Origin: Asterias rubens
Lineage: Eukaryota
Direction: 5' to 3'
Length of the DNA stretch: 64,000 nucleotides
Assembly: GCF_902459465.1 (NCBI RefSeq)
Contig: NC_047070.1
Span: 2,728,001 to 2,792,000 of the forward strand
Part shown: piece by piece, positions 63,586-64,000 of the stretch
Layout of the letters: each line of letters starts with the position of its first letter
How positions within the stretch are numbered: the stretch's first letter is position 1
Notes under the pieces: generated by a model
What the model saw: only the letters and a program-made list of their open reading frames with translations
What the model was told of the DNA's origin: nothing
Database searches by the model: none
Program-made: the position numbers and the translations under genes

Positions 63586-64000
63586 GTACATGCAAGTTAC
63601 TTCTTTTACATTTTTGCATACAACTGAACCTCAAATCGAGAACCTATAAAAATGTTGGTTGTAGATGAAAAAAAAAAACATTTTCAAAGGCAGCCATAAG
63701 CGATAAGATCTTTTTTTTTGTTTCTTTTTTCTTTTTTTCTTTTCTTTTTAAAAACTGTTTAAAAAAAATAGCTATTGGAATTTACTTTATGTGTGTTCAC
63801 CTCCCGCAACAAGACAAATTCCAGTCTTTTTCATTTCTTCAAAATCTCATCCCTGCAATAGGAATGGAGGCAAGGCAGCATGTTTCGCAATAACTATGTG
63901 TGGGGAGGTCAACTTTTTGTTACAGGTGTTTAATAACTGGTGCCAATCAATAAAAAGCAAAAATACTGCACAATTATACATTCTGTATTTTCCATTAAAC

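Overview
Eukaryotic, AT-rich, intron-rich and repeat-dense genomic DNA from a marine invertebrate deuterostome, most likely a sea star (taxon is inferred, not proven). I assembled six protein-coding genes by hand from splice sites and reading-frame phase. In order: (-) a 145-aa CARD protein ending in a RHIM-like, Asn/Gly-rich motif; (-) an intronless-CDS FADS6; (+) LMAN2/VIP36-like lectin, 8 exons; (-) BORCS7, 5 coding exons including a 21-nt microexon; (+) alpha-L-iduronidase IDUA, 14 coding exons; (+) XPNPEP1, 14 exons before the window ends. Introns and intergenic DNA carry several TTAA-flanked MITE families, tRNA-derived SINEs, 5'-truncated LINE ends, short palindromic elements, Penelope-like hammerhead-type motifs and a 37-copy 43-bp minisatellite that grew inside a SINE. 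The best novelty candidate is the CARD plus RHIM-like amyloid-motif adaptor. No database searches were run; homology calls rest on recalled family sequences.
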